Below are positions 34,057 through 49,000 of a stretch of 64,000 nucleotides of DNA, piece by piece. Numbering within the stretch: the first letter of the stretch is position 1; each line of letters opens with the position of its first letter. The DNA is taken from positions 224,130,001 through 224,194,000 of the forward strand of contig OZ024743.1 of the NCBI GenBank assembly GCA_964016885.1, read 5' to 3'. This DNA comes from Eledone cirrhosa. Its lineage: Eukaryota. The notes beneath the pieces were generated by a model. That model searched no databases, was not told the DNA's origin, and saw nothing but the letters and a program-made list of their open reading frames with translations. The position numbers and the translations under genes were made by a program.

Positions 34057-34252
34057 AAGTGTTGTATATTGAATTATATATGGGATGTTTATTTGAAAGC
34101 CTTTCACTATGAATTTTTAAGGTTGTGACCAACATCACACATCCTTTGCTGATATTAGGTGTATGACGTTGGTTACAACCTTAAAAATTCACAGCAAAAG
34201 GCTTTCAAATGTTTTTCATAAACATCCCATATATTATTCACTATACAACACA
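34057..34252. repeat. Imperfect ~195-bp palindrome
   Basis: ATATGGGATGTTTA..TTTGAAAGCCTTT..GAATTTTTAAGGTTGT-ACCAAC mirrored across ~34148. Confidence 0.85.
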
Positions 34253-34574
34253 TATACACACACTTTTCTTCTGTCCGTCTTTCAATTTTGTATTGTTAAA
34301 GTGTGTATGACTTTTCATTGCAATGTGACTTAGTTGTAAGGCTGTGAGTTTGATTCCCTGTGGCATGTTGTATCCTTCAGCAAGACACTTTATTTCATGT
34401 TGCTCCAGTCCAGTTTCCATAGAAACCACATTGGGGATGATTGACGATTCATGGGAATGGGCCACAAGGAATAAGTAATGGCCGATGAGGCATGAGGGAG
34501 ACATGATCTGATATGGAATAAAAAAAACTTGAAAGGCATTCTATGGTGAAAATTGCCCGGGAGGCTACTAGAAT

Positions 34575-35725
34575 TGATGAAATCCAAGCTCGTGTGAAAA
34601 ATTTTACGGTTTGAAGATCAATCAACATTTTCAAGCTCTCTATAAACAAGTGGACACGAACAGGCAGGGCACTTTGCATAAAATCTCTTAATGCTTGGAG
34701 AAGGAAGACTTTCTGTAGATAGCAAGGGAGCTATTGATATAAGTCCCATAGCCATAATGGACAGAATCCATACTCAATCTCTAGGAAGAAGTGTTCCCTA
34801 ATGTTGAGGAATCTGCTCATAAGTCACAAGTGGCTCAGTGAAAATGGACCCGAAAAATGTGATAATGAAATTGATAAATCAAGAGCTGTTAAAAAGAGAT
34901 CCAGGGGTTTAGGAGCTCCTTCAATCTGATGAGAGTGTGGTGAAAGTCAGAAGCTGTCAATTACCTGACAAAGTTCAACTCTTTAGAACCATCAGGGATG
35001 CCTCCACATGTCCTTGACCTTAAAGAAGGAGCACCCATCATGTTATTGGGGAATTTGGTCCCACCTAAGCTGATTGTGAAAAAAATTATCCACATGTGAT
35101 TCAAGCCACCATTTCAATAGAATGTAGTAAAGGAGAGGATGTGTTCATCTCAAGAATTCTTCTGATCCCCACTGATGCCCCATTTGAATTCAAACTTCTT
35201 CAATTTCCTGTGAGTCTTAGTTTTTCCAAGACCACCAACAAATCACAAGGGCAAACATTTTGGTTGCTGGTTTATAGCATGATGGATGTTCAAGAGTAGG
35301 AAGTAAGAAAAATCTTTACATTTATGTACCAAATGGAAAAACAAAAACGAAAAAAAAACACTGTTTATTGAGAAGTGATAAATTGCCCCAAATAATGCAG
35401 AAATCCATCTTGATCGAGAGGCCTAACCAATAAAGAAGACCCTTACTGAAGAAGGAAGAAAGAAAAGAATTCCTTTCATGTATAAATCTGGATAATTGCA
35501 CTCCTAATAAATTAGTTTTACTTTACTATTTGTTTTTTCTTAATTAGCTTTATTTTTGCTGTTCTTCTTAACCCATCAGATAAACAAAATAAAGTCAGTT
35601 TCGGTGAAATCTCTGCCCCAATAAGTAATGGGAAATGAGGCACAGTGGAAACATGAAATAAAAAAATTGGAAGAAACGATTTCTATGCTGAAAATTGCCT
35701 GGCAACAATGGGCTACTCTGCTACT
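34575..35725 (+). mobile_element. Helitron PIF1 helicase remnant with 3' end
   Basis: GEDVFISRILLIPTDAPFEFKLLQFPVSLSFSKTTNKSQGQT; decayed hairpin + CTAC end near 35697-35725; a related 3' end lies at 34470-34571. Confidence 0.85.
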
Positions 35726-37049
35726 ATATATATGTATATATAGTTAATAAATGAAATAAACAAAACACAGGAGGCAATTTTACACAGTTATATTAAGTTC
35801 ACACTTGGTGGGAGTGGAGGAGGTTTCAACGGTTTGGACAGAGGTCCTTCTTCAGGAAAATTTGGATATATATATATAACAGTTGCTTTTTGTAGCATTT
35901 TCAATTTTTGGAATAACTTGATGAAAAAAAGTTAATTAATTAATTAAATCAAAGTTTTCCTCACTCCAGTTACCTACAGGACACAATGTTCCACTGAGAA
36001 TCAAACTCACAACCTAATTATCATGAGGCAAATGCCCTAACCACTAAGCCACACACTTTCACAATGATTAGAATGAATTATTGCAGTAGCTTACTGGTAC
36101 TTATTTTATCATCTCTAGAAGGGCAAAATTCTCATTATTAGTAGAATTTGAATACAGAACAGCATAAGGTGATGAACTTTGCATATAATAAAGCATTTGG
36201 ATCATCTCTCAACAGACAGTACTATCTGAATTGCCTTCATAGCTAATAAAACAATAAAAAAAATGTAGCAGGAAGTAATGTGTGCAAAACGTTGTCAAAA
36301 ATCTGTCATCACATTTCAAATGTTTTTCATTCTCTTTTTTTTCTTTTTTTATTGTCTAAACGTGGGAACCCAAAACTTAAATCTCTCCATATCTATTTTG
36401 AAGCCCACACCAAGAAGAATGCAAAACTTTGATGATTACTGTTAAAAGCAGAAGGAATTATCTTATTCAGTAGTATTGTCAGGTATTTGTTGTATTCACT
36501 TCAGGTTATTGATTTTCATTTTTTTTAAACTCTTTCCTTACCAAATTATCTGAAACTACACTTGAGTTTATGATACAAAACTCTTTGTTTAAAGTGTTTG
36601 TATTTATTTAAAAACCTTACATACTAAGACCCTTTGTGAAGCTATATTCCACACACCAGCTTATAATGTTAGTTATATTACTAAATTCTTCTAAATTCTT
36701 GATTATTTTCAAAATAACTTGAAAATCATAGACACGTGTAATTTATTAGAAATTAATGTTCTAAAACCAAAGAAAAAATAATTTCTTTATTTTTCATTTT
36801 CATTCAATTGTCATTTTAAATATATAAATTTATTTTATGTACAAAATTCCATGTATTAATTAACTTCTATATTGTGAGATGGTTTTTTCACGAACTCCTC
36901 CTATGGTTTTGGAGATAGACCCTCATAACCATATATATTCTGAAACTACATTGCCCAGGGTGCTTGAATAAGTATATTTCATTTTAATTAAAGGGTTCCC
37001 CAGGGTCACAAACCCTTACTGAAAATGTTTTCCCTTCAATTTATATGAA

Positions 37050-37500
37050 ATTTAAACCATAGGTAAATGACAAGATATGATGCCTATTCACAAAATTTCA
37101 ATAATATTAAGATATATGGGAGTTAAACCCCCTATAGTCAAAATTTTGGAAGCCCATAACTTGAGTCTTCAGATTAAAAGTGAAAAGATTTATGGAAGAT
37201 ATGAAGAAGGGAATATTTGGTACTTTGCAAGCATGGCTGTACACCATTGGGTACCCGAAGAGAGATTTACCCCATGCACACTTTCTTTTCTGGATAGCTC
37301 CAGAGTACAAATTTAAAGCCGAAGAATATGATTTGGTAATTTCTGAAGAAATTCCTAACAAAGAGAAAGATAGAGAACTCCATGATCTGGTCATGAAACA
37401 CATGATCCATGGCCATTTGTGGTCCCCTAAATGAAGGATCCCCATGTATGGTCGACAGAAAATGTTCCAAACAATTCCCCAAAGATTCTTTAATGCTATT
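37050..37500 (+). mobile_element. Helitron Rep (HUH) remnant
   Basis: YPKRDLPHAHFLFW..ISEEIP..LHDLVMKHMIHG. Confidence 0.85.
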
Positions 37501-37644
37501 AAGCTGTGATGTGAATGGTGAATGGACATATATATTTTAGCCCATGGATATATATATATAGGAAAATGTATGACCCTGGCGGCAGAGCTCAAGCCGTTTC
37601 AACGAGAGAGAGAGAGAGAGAGAGAGATACTTATATATATATAT

Positions 37645-37975
37645 GGAGGCATATGGCTTAGTGGTTACAGCATTGGGCTTGCAATCGAAAGGTTGTGAGT
37701 TCAATTCTCAGACTGGGTGATGTGTTGTTTCCTTGAGCAAGTCACTTTATTTCACATTGCTCCAGTTTAGTCAGCTGTAGAAGTGAGATGATAGGGACTG
37801 GGGTCCCTATCATTCCACTGCAAAGTGGTCATGGAGGTGCCACAGCAAAAAAGCACCCAGCACTCACTGTAAATGAGGTTAGTGTTAGGAAAGGCATCCA
37901 GCTGTAGAAATCAAGCCTGAATCAGATCCCGTCCCACCCTTGCAAGCAGGGAAAAGCGGACAAAAAATGGAATTG
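37645..37975 (+). mobile_element. SINE family B (tRNA head, CORE-like middle, RTE-derived tail)
   Basis: A box TGGCTTAGTGG, B box GAGTTCAATTC, CCTTGAGCAAG. Other copies: 41670-41895 +, 42931-43277 -, 44422-44672 -, 53973-54322 +, 62384-62708 +. Confidence 0.9.
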
Positions 37976-38003
37976 TATATATATATACATACTTATATAT
38001 ATA

Positions 38004-38240
38004 TCAGAGCAAACAGCACGGACACTCTATCTCAAAATTATTTTTGAAAAGCATTTAGAAATGCGCAACCGGTAAAAACTTAAAAACTTAAAACCACAAC
38101 TTAATACTAACCCATACAATCACTAATACTCTTTTATTCCCAATTAAACCATTTTTCAACTGTGAACAATTTGTCAGCATTTTCTATTCCGTTTACCAAT
38201 ATATAATAACTTGTGTGTTACACCTCGATTCTTTTAACTA
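38004..38240 (+). mobile_element. ~200-bp element with U3-A8 HHR-like motif, duplicated at 39773-39971
   Basis: TTT-TTGAAAA-GCATTT AG AAATGC-GCAA-CCGG-TA-AAA. Confidence 0.65.
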
Positions 38241-38249
38241 TATATATAT

Positions 38250-38335
<86 letters not shown>

Positions 38336-38732
38336 GGAAAAAATGAAATTTCATTTCTCACTCTTAGTACGGCTGATACTTAAATATAAGTATGTATACG
38401 TACATACATATATGTATACAGACGTACACTAGTATGTATATACATACATACATGCACACATATATATGTACATATATACATATATATATATATATACATA
38501 CATGCACACATATATATATGTACGTATATACATATATATATAGATAGGTAGATATACATACACATATATATATATATATATACACATACTTATATATATA
38601 TATAGATAGATATACATACATATATAAATGGAATGGAATGAAACAAAATTTCATTTCTCACTGTTAGTACATACATTCATACATATATATATATATATAT
38701 ATATACACATGTATATATACACATATATATAT

Positions 38733-38845
<113 letters not shown>

Positions 38846-39105
38846 TATATATATATATATATAGATAGATATATATATATACATACTGATATATATATAT
38901 ATACATATATATATAAGGAATTACACCAGTCCAGCCTCCTGTTATTTTATAATAATTAAGTCCGTACTTGCACCACCAACGACAGAAACGAAGACAGGTG
39001 AGTTGCATTACGTCAAGTGCTCTTCCTAATATTACATGGAGGTTGATCATATGGTATGACCAGTTCCATCCAGTGGTGAACCAACAAACCTAAATGAATT
39101 ATAAT

Positions 39106-39134
<29 letters not shown>

Positions 39135-39136
<2 letters not shown>

Positions 39137-39681
39137 GATAAATCTACCAAGAGTTTACGGTAGTGTCCAATCCGTATGAAGAACTCAATGTAATCCGGAT
39201 ATCATGGAAAGAAGAGATGCAATGAAAAATCACTTTCGGTGAAAGATAAACGGAATACAGAGTCAAGATAAAATATTAAAAAAATAATGAATAAAACAAT
39301 GAAACAGTTCCTTATATTAAACAAAAAAAGTTCATTATTTAACGATCGTTTCTAGGATATATATGTGTTAGAATTGGCATGCATATTCAACAGATCTATC
39401 TACAAAATTATACAAAATTATACAAACTATCAAAATTAAATATACATACCAACACATATATATGCGGTCTTCAGAAATTATTTCTGAAGACGGCATATAT
39501 ATGTGTTGGTATGTATATTTAATTTTGATAGTTTGTATAATTTTGTATAATTTTGTACATAGATCTGTTGAATATGCATGCCAATTCTAACACATATATA
39601 TCCTAGAAACGATCGTTAAATAATGAACTTTTTTTGTTTAATATAAGGAACTGTTTCATTGTTTTATTCATTATTTTTTTA

Positions 39682-39690
<9 letters not shown>
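39135..39690. mobile_element. Fold-back HHR element: palindrome 39268-39690 (centre ~39479) plus unpaired tail 39135-39267
   Basis: ~210-bp arms; plus-strand HHR ATTATTT-CTGAAGA-(115-nt stem II)-GAAA-CGATCG-TT-AAATAAT at 39477-39624, mirrored on the minus strand. Confidence 0.88.
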
Positions 39691-39759
<69 letters not shown>

Positions 39760-39994
39760 TAGAGCAAACAGATCAGAGCAAACAGCACGGACACTCTATC
39801 TCAAAATTATTTTTGAAAAGCATTTAGAAATGCGCAACTGGTAAAAACTTAAAAACTTAAAACCACAACTGAATACTAACCCATACAATCACTAATACTC
39901 TTTTATTCCTAATTAAACCATTTTTCAACTGTGAACAATTTGTCAGTATTTTCTATTCCGTTTACCAATATACATATATATATATATACATATA

Positions 39995-41524
39995 TGAGAG
40001 CTATACAAGCCATGTATAAAGAAACAGTCAGCAAGGTTAGAATTAACAACGAATATAGTGAAGAGTTTAGCGTAAAAGTTGGTGTTCATCAGGGCTCTGT
40101 TCTTAGCCCCCTACTATTTATTATTGTCCTTCAGGCTATAACAGTGGAGTTCAAGACCGGCTGCCCATGGGAACTCCTATACGCAGATGATCTAACGCTC
40201 ATAGCTGAATCAATGGCTGAGCTAGAGAAGAAATTCCAAACATGGAAGCACGGCCTAGAATCAAAAGGCCTTAAAATTAACCTGGCTAAGACTAAAGTTC
40301 TAGTTTGTAGGAAAGAAAATAAGGCGCCGGTCCCTTCCGGGAAATGGCCATGCTCAGTGTGTAGGAAAGGCGTAGGTAGAAACTCCATTTTATGTCCCAA
40401 ATGCAAAGTATGGGTGCATAAAAGATGTAGTGGGATCACAGGTAAGCTAACTAAGAACATAGATTTTACATGTGGCCGGTGCTCTGGTGCAATAAGTAGC
40501 AGCAAGTGCCCAAAAATACTAGCTCTTTCAATTGCGTAGAGGGTTCTATAGAAATAGTGGACAGCTTCCGTTACCTGGGTGACAAAATCAGCAGTGGGGG
40601 AGGGTGCTCTGAAAGTACAGTAGCTAGAGTCAGAACTGGATGGAAAAAGTTCAGAGAGCTTATACCACTATTAGCCGCTAAAGGGTTCTCCCTAAAATGA
40701 AAGGCAGGCTGTATGATGCCTGCATATGAACAGCAATGTTGCATGGCAGTGAGACCTGGGCATTGTGTGCAGAGGATATACGCAGACTAGAGAGGAACGA
40801 AGCTTGCATGCTCCGCCGGATGTGTAATAGTAATATACGCAAACGGCAAAGCATAAACAAACTAAGGGAAAAATTAGAAATAAGAGGGATCAGATGTTGT
40901 TTACTCGAGAGAAGGCTACGTTGGTATGGTCACGTGATGCGCATGAAAGACGACAGCTGTATAACAAAGTGCAAGGCAATAAAGATAGACGGTAGCCACG
41001 GAATAGGCAGACCTAGAAAATCCTGGGACGAGCTGATAAACTCCGACCTCACACACTTACACCTCTCCAAGACAATGTCACTGGACCGAGATCTTTGGCG
41101 GCACTCAGTAATAGAGAAGACCCGCCTTACCTAAATACAAAGTAAAACCTACTACAGTCAGTAGGCATCGCTAACAAAATACACCCCCGTCCCACCACCC
41201 CCACCCCATCCACACCGCCCCTTTCAATGTAAAGTTATGTTGGTGCCACAACATCCAGGCCGAAACAAATGAGATCGTGTAGGTATCACGACAAAAAACA
41301 CACAGTCCACGCTGTAATGTGGCCGTGTAGGCAACACGGTAAAAACCTCCCAGTCCCACACTGTAAATGTGGTTGGTGTTAGGAAGGGCATCCAGCTGTA
41401 GAAAACCCGCCAGACAGTCCTATGCGAGCAAGACAACCACTCTTGCCTCAAGTGGGAAAACTCCCATCCAAACCCATGCAAGCGTGGAACATGGACGTTA
41501 AACGATGATGATGATGATGATGAT
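39995..41524 (+). mobile_element. RTE LINE, 5'-truncated
   Basis: [35 protein letters not shown]; (GAT)n tail. Confidence 0.95.
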
Positions 41525-41543
41525 ATATATATATATATATATA

Positions 41544-41673
<130 letters not shown>

Positions 41674-41945
41674 TCTCAGCTGTAGAAATGAGATGATAGG
41701 ACTGGGGCCCCTATCATTCCACTGCAAAGTGGTCGTGGAGGTGCCACGGAAAAAAAGCACCCAGCACTCACTGTAAATGAGGTTGGTGTTAGGAAGGGCA
41801 TCCAGCTGTAGAAATCAAGCCAGAATCAGTTCCCGTCCCACCCTTGCAAGCAGGGAAAAGTGGACGTAAAATGATGATGATGATGATGATGATGATATAT
41901 ATATACATATATATATATATATACATATATACATATATATATATT

Positions 41946-42678
41946 GGAAAGGAATGAAGCATGCATGCTCCGTTGGATGTGTAATATACGTGAACGGCAA
42001 AGCATAAATGAACTAAGTGAGAAATTAGGAATAAGAGGGATCAGATGCTGTTTACTCGAGAGAAGACTCTGTTGGTATGGTCACGTGATGCGCATGAAAG
42101 ACGACAGCTGTATAAAAAAAAGTGCAGGGCAATCAAAATTTATGGTAGTTACAGAGTAGGTAGACCCAGAAAAACCTGGGACGATCTGATAAATTCCGAC
42201 CTTACACACTTGCACATCACTGGACTGAGATCTTTGGCGCTACGCAGTAATACAGAAGACCCGCCTTGCCTATGTACAAAGCGAAACCTAAAGTCAGTAG
42301 GCATCTCTCAACCAAATACACACCCAAATCCACTACCCCTACCCTATCCTCCCACTCCCACCAACACTACCCTCTCTGTGTAAAGTTGGTACCACAACAT
42401 CCAGTCCAAATAAATGAGATAATGAGATCGAGATCGAGATCATGTAGGTGTCACGATGAAAAAAAAAAACTCAGAGTCCACACGGTAAAAAGTTCCCAGT
42501 TCCACACTGTAAATGTGGTTGGTGTTAGGAAGGGCATCCAGCCATAGAAAACCTGCCAGATAGTCCTATATGAGCGAGACATGGTCACCCGACCAACCTT
42601 GCTTCAAGTGGGACAACTCCTGTCTAACCCATGCTAGCGTGGAAAATGGACGTTAAACCAAGATGATGATGATGATGA
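41946..42678 (+). mobile_element. RTE LINE 3' fragment (older subfamily)
   Basis: ERNEACMLRWM..WYGHVMR, 3' UTR and (GAT)n. Confidence 0.92.
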
Positions 42679-42754
42679 TATATATATATATATATATAAT
42701 GTATAAAGCACTCTTCACTTCTATGACCTTTTCTGTTTTCAACGGAAATTTCAA

Positions 42755-42801
<47 letters not shown>

Positions 42802-42815
42802 GTATATATATATAC

Positions 42816-43463
<648 letters not shown>

Positions 43464-43492
43464 AATATATATATATATACATATATATATAC

Positions 43493-43559
<67 letters not shown>

Positions 43560-43626
43560 TATACATATATATATATATACATATATATACATATATACAT
43601 ATATATACATATATACATATATATAT

Positions 43627-43661
<35 letters not shown>

Positions 43662-43722
43662 CATATATATACAAATATATATATATACATATATATACAT
43701 ATATATACAAATATATATAAAC

Positions 43723-43765
<43 letters not shown>

Positions 43766-44105
43766 TTACCAATTTATATACATATATTACAATTTACAAC
43801 CAATCAAATTACATTTATAAAAAAAAGCCTTCGTGAACCCCTTTTTTTTAAGTAAAAAGAAATTCAAACAAACTGGCGCGAAAGCTGATGTGCTTATTCA
43901 CGTGACTGCATCAACCAACCAAACTTCACTCATATATGAAAAAACAACCTGAGCCCCACCCCCCCCCTTGTTTGAAGAACTTTGTAACGCGAACTGGTGT
44001 GAAATTTATTATACTTATTGACCAACCAATCAAATTACTTCTCTAAAAACCTGGCGTTTCAAGCCACGTTTTTCCATATAAAACAAGTAACATTCAAAGA
44101 CCAAC

Positions 44106-44321
44106 CAGATGTGAGAAAAACCACAGACCCTCCATCTCAACTCTACTTTTGAAAAGCAGAAGAACTGCGAAACCGGTAAAGGAACCAAATAAATATATAC
44201 ATATTTTCTTTTAAATAAGACTCCAGTTGCATTTTCGAATTCATCTTTTTTTCTTTATACTTTCACTCATGTAGGACACCTCGGTTATTTTTCATTTTGT
44301 AAAAACACCTCACTTTCTAAT
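44106..44321 (+). mobile_element. U3-A8 HHR element copy (motif at 44145-44182)
   Basis: ACTT-TTGAAAA-GCAG AAGAA CTGC-GAAA-CCGG-TA-AAGG. Confidence 0.82.
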
Positions 44322-44384
44322 ACATATATATACATATATATATACATATATATATACATATAAATATATATAATATATATATAC

Positions 44385-44420
<36 letters not shown>

Positions 44421-44672
44421 TCATTTCATTTCATTTTACGTCCACTTTTCCCTGCTTGCAAGGGTGGGAAGGGAACTGATTCTGGCATGATTTCTACAGC
44501 TGGATGCCCTTCCTAACACCAACCTCATTTACAGTGAGTGCTGGGTGCTTTTTTGCCGTGGCACCTCCACGACCACTTTGCAGTGGAATGATAGGAACCA
44601 CAGTCGCTATCATCTCATTTCTACAGCTGAGTAAACTGGAGCAATGTGAAATAAAGTGTCTTGCTCAAGGAA

Positions 44673-45195
44673 ACGGGGGTGTGTTTTGATAGAGATGCCT
44701 ACTGACTGTAGTAGGTTTTACTTTGTATTTAGGTAAGGCGGGTCTTCTCTATTACTGAGTACCGCCAAAGATCTCGGTCCAGTGACATTGTCTTGGAGAG
44801 GTGTAAGCGTGTGAGGTCGGAATTTATCATGTCGTCCCAGGTTTTTCTGGGTCTGCCTACTCCGTGGCTACCGTCTATCTTTATTGCCCTGCACTTTGTT
44901 ATACAGCTGTCGTCTTTCATGCGCATCACGTGACCGTACCAACGTAGCCTTCTCTCGAGTAAACAACATCTGATCCCTCTTATTTCTAATTTTTTCCTTA
45001 GTTCGTTTATGCTTAGCCGTTCACATATATTACTATTGCACATCCAGCGGAGCATGCAAGCTTCGTTCCTCTCTAGTCTGCGTATATCCTCTGCACACAA
45101 TGCCCAGGTCTCACTGCCATGCAGCATTGCTGTTCGTATGCAGGCATCGTATAACCTGCCTTTCATTTTTAGGGAGAACCCTTTAGCGGCTAATA
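44673..45195 (-). mobile_element. RTE LINE 3' fragment fused to a SINE B body
   Basis: ORF 44729-45166; junction at 44672/44673. Confidence 0.92.
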
Positions 45196-45261
45196 GTTCT
45201 CCCTAAAAATGAAAGGCAGGTTATACGATGCCTGCATACAAACAGCAATACATATATATAC

Positions 45262-45292
<31 letters not shown>

Positions 45293-46040
45293 CATACATA
45301 TATATATATATATCCCTGTGAAGTATAATGTAAATGCCATTTTTCTTATCTCTCTCCAGCCTATCGGTCCATTCATTCATATTGTTCTAAATAATCTTCT
45401 CTCTGCTATCGGTCCATTCATTCATATATCCGTTTCATCGCCCAAAATCCAATCTTTGCTCTCTCTCAATGCTATTCTATAATTCTGTCTGGTTGTTTCT
45501 AAATAATCTTCTTGTATTTTAATGCTATTCTATTATTCTGTCTGGTTGTTTCTAAATAATCTTCTTGTATTTTAAAACCCCATTATTCGCTTATTATTAC
45601 TGTTATATGCTTCCCCAATTATGCCCAAAATTCGAAGATTTCATTTAAAACCTCTCGCTAACTACCCCATTTGTTTTTCTAAAATAACAATCTTGTTTGT
45701 TTAAATTTAGCCGAAAAAAAAAAAAAAAAATTCTAGAATTTATAAAATGGCCTCATTGTCCCTCTTATCCTTTACCCCCCCCCCCCCCCCCCCCACTATA
45801 TCGTATTACGCGCCAGCTAGTTCACCCTCAGTTCACCCTTTCAATCACTCCCTTCTCTCACCAAATATAAATAATCTTCTCTCTGCTAACTACCCCATAT
45901 CCCTCCCTCCCGCCCCCACTCTCCACCTTATTATTTGGACCAATCACAAGTCAACGGCCTATGCTATCACTTCTGGCTGCTTTTCGATATGATGGATGGA
46001 CTAAGGAATTTCTGGAGAGTCTGAAGAATCTGGACACTCA

Positions 46041-49000
46041 ATGACAATGCCAAAGATAACAACAAATTCACCTCATGCTGCTGGACGAAAGGGCAAAGCC
46101 CCCTCCTCTTTGTTTCGGCCGCGGATGGCCAACATAACCCCAACCCCATCCCCCTCACCCCTCCCTGCGCCCCATCCTCCAAACACAATCCAAAACTTCA
46201 GAGTTGGTACCATGAATGTAGGCACCTTAAAAGGCCGCTCTAACGAGGTTGTAGAAATGCTTGAACGTAAGGAGGTTGATGTTTGCTGTATCCAAGAGAC
46301 CAGGTGGAGGGGCGGGTCTGCTAGATTCATTGTGGGTAAAAAACGTTGCTATAAGCTTTTCTGGGTGGGAAATGACAATGGGATCGGCGGGGTAGGAATC
46401 ATGTTAGCAGAAAAATGGGTGGATAAGATAATAGATGTAAATAGAGTAAATGACAGAATAATTAAAATAAGACTTGTTCTAAATAGAACTACTGTGACAG
46501 TAATATCGGCATACGAGCCCCAATCCGGACTGCCTGGCGCTATAAAAAACAAATTCTATGAGACACTGATGCTCACTACCTCCCAAATAACCGACAGTGA
46601 CTATATAATTATTGCTGGCGACCTAAATGGCCACGTTGGACAACATTGTGACGGCTATGATGGAATCCACGAAGGCTATGGGTTCGGTACTAGAAACGAG
46701 GAAGGCTCCAGAATCCTGGAATTCTGTGATGCAAATAACCTAACTATCTGTAACACAAACTTCAAAAAACGAGACAATCACTTGATCACCTACAGATCAG
46801 GGGAACCTACCAGCCAGGTAGATTATATCCTTACCAGAAGACGTGACAGAGTGTCTGTTGTAAACACTAAATCCCTCCCCCATGAAGAATGCACCTCCCA
46901 ACATAGACTGATAATTAGCGACCTCATAGTCAGAACGAGACGTACTAGACAGCAGAAGAGGACTATCCTCAGGAGAAAAATATGGAAGCTAAAGGACCCT
47001 ACAGCCAGAAATAAATTTAAAAGCATATTACTTGATGCTTTCGACAGTAAAGAAGAGCAATTAGAGTCGTACAATATAGAGGAACAGTGGGAATTCCTGA
47101 AAGCAAACCTGCTGGTGGCAGCAGACGAAGTCTGTGGCTGGAGCAGGCCTGTAGGCAGGAGGAGAGTAACATGGTGGTGGAACAGTAAGGTGGAGGAGTC
47201 AATCAACACCAAAAAGCAGGCTTGGAAAGTATGGCGGGATGGGGTAAGTAGAGAAGACTATCAAGTGGCTAGGAGACAAGTGTACTTCGCAAGAAGGGAA
47301 TCAGAGGAAAGAAAGTTCAAGCATGTTCTACAACGCGAGGACCAAAAACGTGAGGTGTTCAGGATTGCTAGGCAATGTGTCAAGGAAAACCGTGATATTG
47401 TCGGGGAGAAGTGTGTACTTAATGATGATGGCGTACTTGCCATCACTGACGCTGATAAGAAGGTAGCTTGGAAGTGTCACTACGAAAGGCTACTAAATGA
47501 GGAGAATAAATGGGAGAAAGACAGTCTCCCCCACATTGACCCAATAAAGGGACCAGCAGTGTTAGTCGAAGGTAGTATAATAAGTAAGGCAATCAAAGAT
47601 ATGAAGACGGGTAAGGCGGCTGGGCCTTCGGAAATAGTTGCTGAGATGCTGAAAGCCTCTGGAACGGTGGGACACACCATGGTCACCTGGATAGTAAACC
47701 AAGTCATATAGAATGGGGTTGTTCCGAAGGACTGGCGTAGCAGCAGCATCATTAACTGCTACAAGGGTAAAGGAGACGCCCTAGATAGGAGTAACTATAG
47801 AGGCATTAAATTAATCGACCAGGTCATGAAGGTCATGGAAAAAGTAATAGCGCAACTAATCAGAGAGAGAATTGATCTAGATGAAATGCAGACGCTCTTT
47901 TCATTGTACGACAACTACAGGAGAAGTACCTAGCTAAAAGTAAACCTCTATACTTAGCTTTTGTCGATTTGGAGAAAGCCTTCGACAGAGTTCCCCGTTC
48001 CATTATCTGGTGGGCTCTTAGAAAACTAGGTGTTGATGAATGGCTTGTGAGAGCTATACAAGCCATGTATAAAGAAACAGTCAGCAAGGTTAGAATTAAC
48101 AACGAATATAGTGAAGAGTTTAGCGTAAAAGTTGGTGTTCATCAGGGCTCTGTTCTTAGCCCCCTACTATTTATTATTGCCCTTCAGTCTATAACAGTGG
48201 AGTTCAAGACTGGCTGCCCATGGGAACTCCTATACGCAGATGATCTAACGCTCATAGCTGAATCAATGGCCGAGCTAGAGAAGAAATTCCAAACATGGAA
48301 GCACGGCCTAGAATCAAAAGGCCTTAAAATTAACCTGGCTAAGACTAAAGTTCTAGTTTGTAGGAAAGAAAATAAGGCGCCGGTCCCTTCCGGGAAATGG
48401 CCATGCTCAGTGTGTAGGAAAGGCGTAGGTAGAAACTCCATTTTATGTCCCAAATGCAAAGTATGGGTGCATAAAAGATGTAGTGGGATCACAGGTAAGC
48501 TAACTAAGAACATAGATTTTACATGTGGCCGGTGCTCTGGTGCAATAAGTAGCAGCAAGTGCCCATAAAATACTAGCTCTTTCAATTGCGCAGAGGGCTC
48601 TATAGAAATAGTGGACAGCTTCTGTTACCTAGGTGACAAAATCAGCAGTGGGGGAGGGTGCTCTGAAAGTACAGTAGCTAGAGTCAGAACTGGATGGAAA
48701 AAGTTCAGAGAGCTTATACCACTATTAGCCGCTAAAGGGTTCTCCCTAAAATGAAAGGCAGGCTGTATGATGCCTGCATACGAACAGCAATGTTGCATGG
48801 CAGTGAGACTTGGGTATTGTATACAGAGGATATACGCAGACTAGAGAGGAACGAAGCTTGCATGCTCCGCTGGATGTGTAATAGTAATATACGCGAACGG
48901 CAAAGCATAAACGAACTAAGGGTAAAATTAGAAATAAGAGGGATCAGATGTTGTTTACTCGAGAGAAGGCTACGTTGGTATGGTCACGTGATGCGCATGA

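Noticed and set aside
37645-37720. tRNA genes
   Set aside because: tRNA-like heads run straight into SINE bodies; no complete cloverleaf or terminator.
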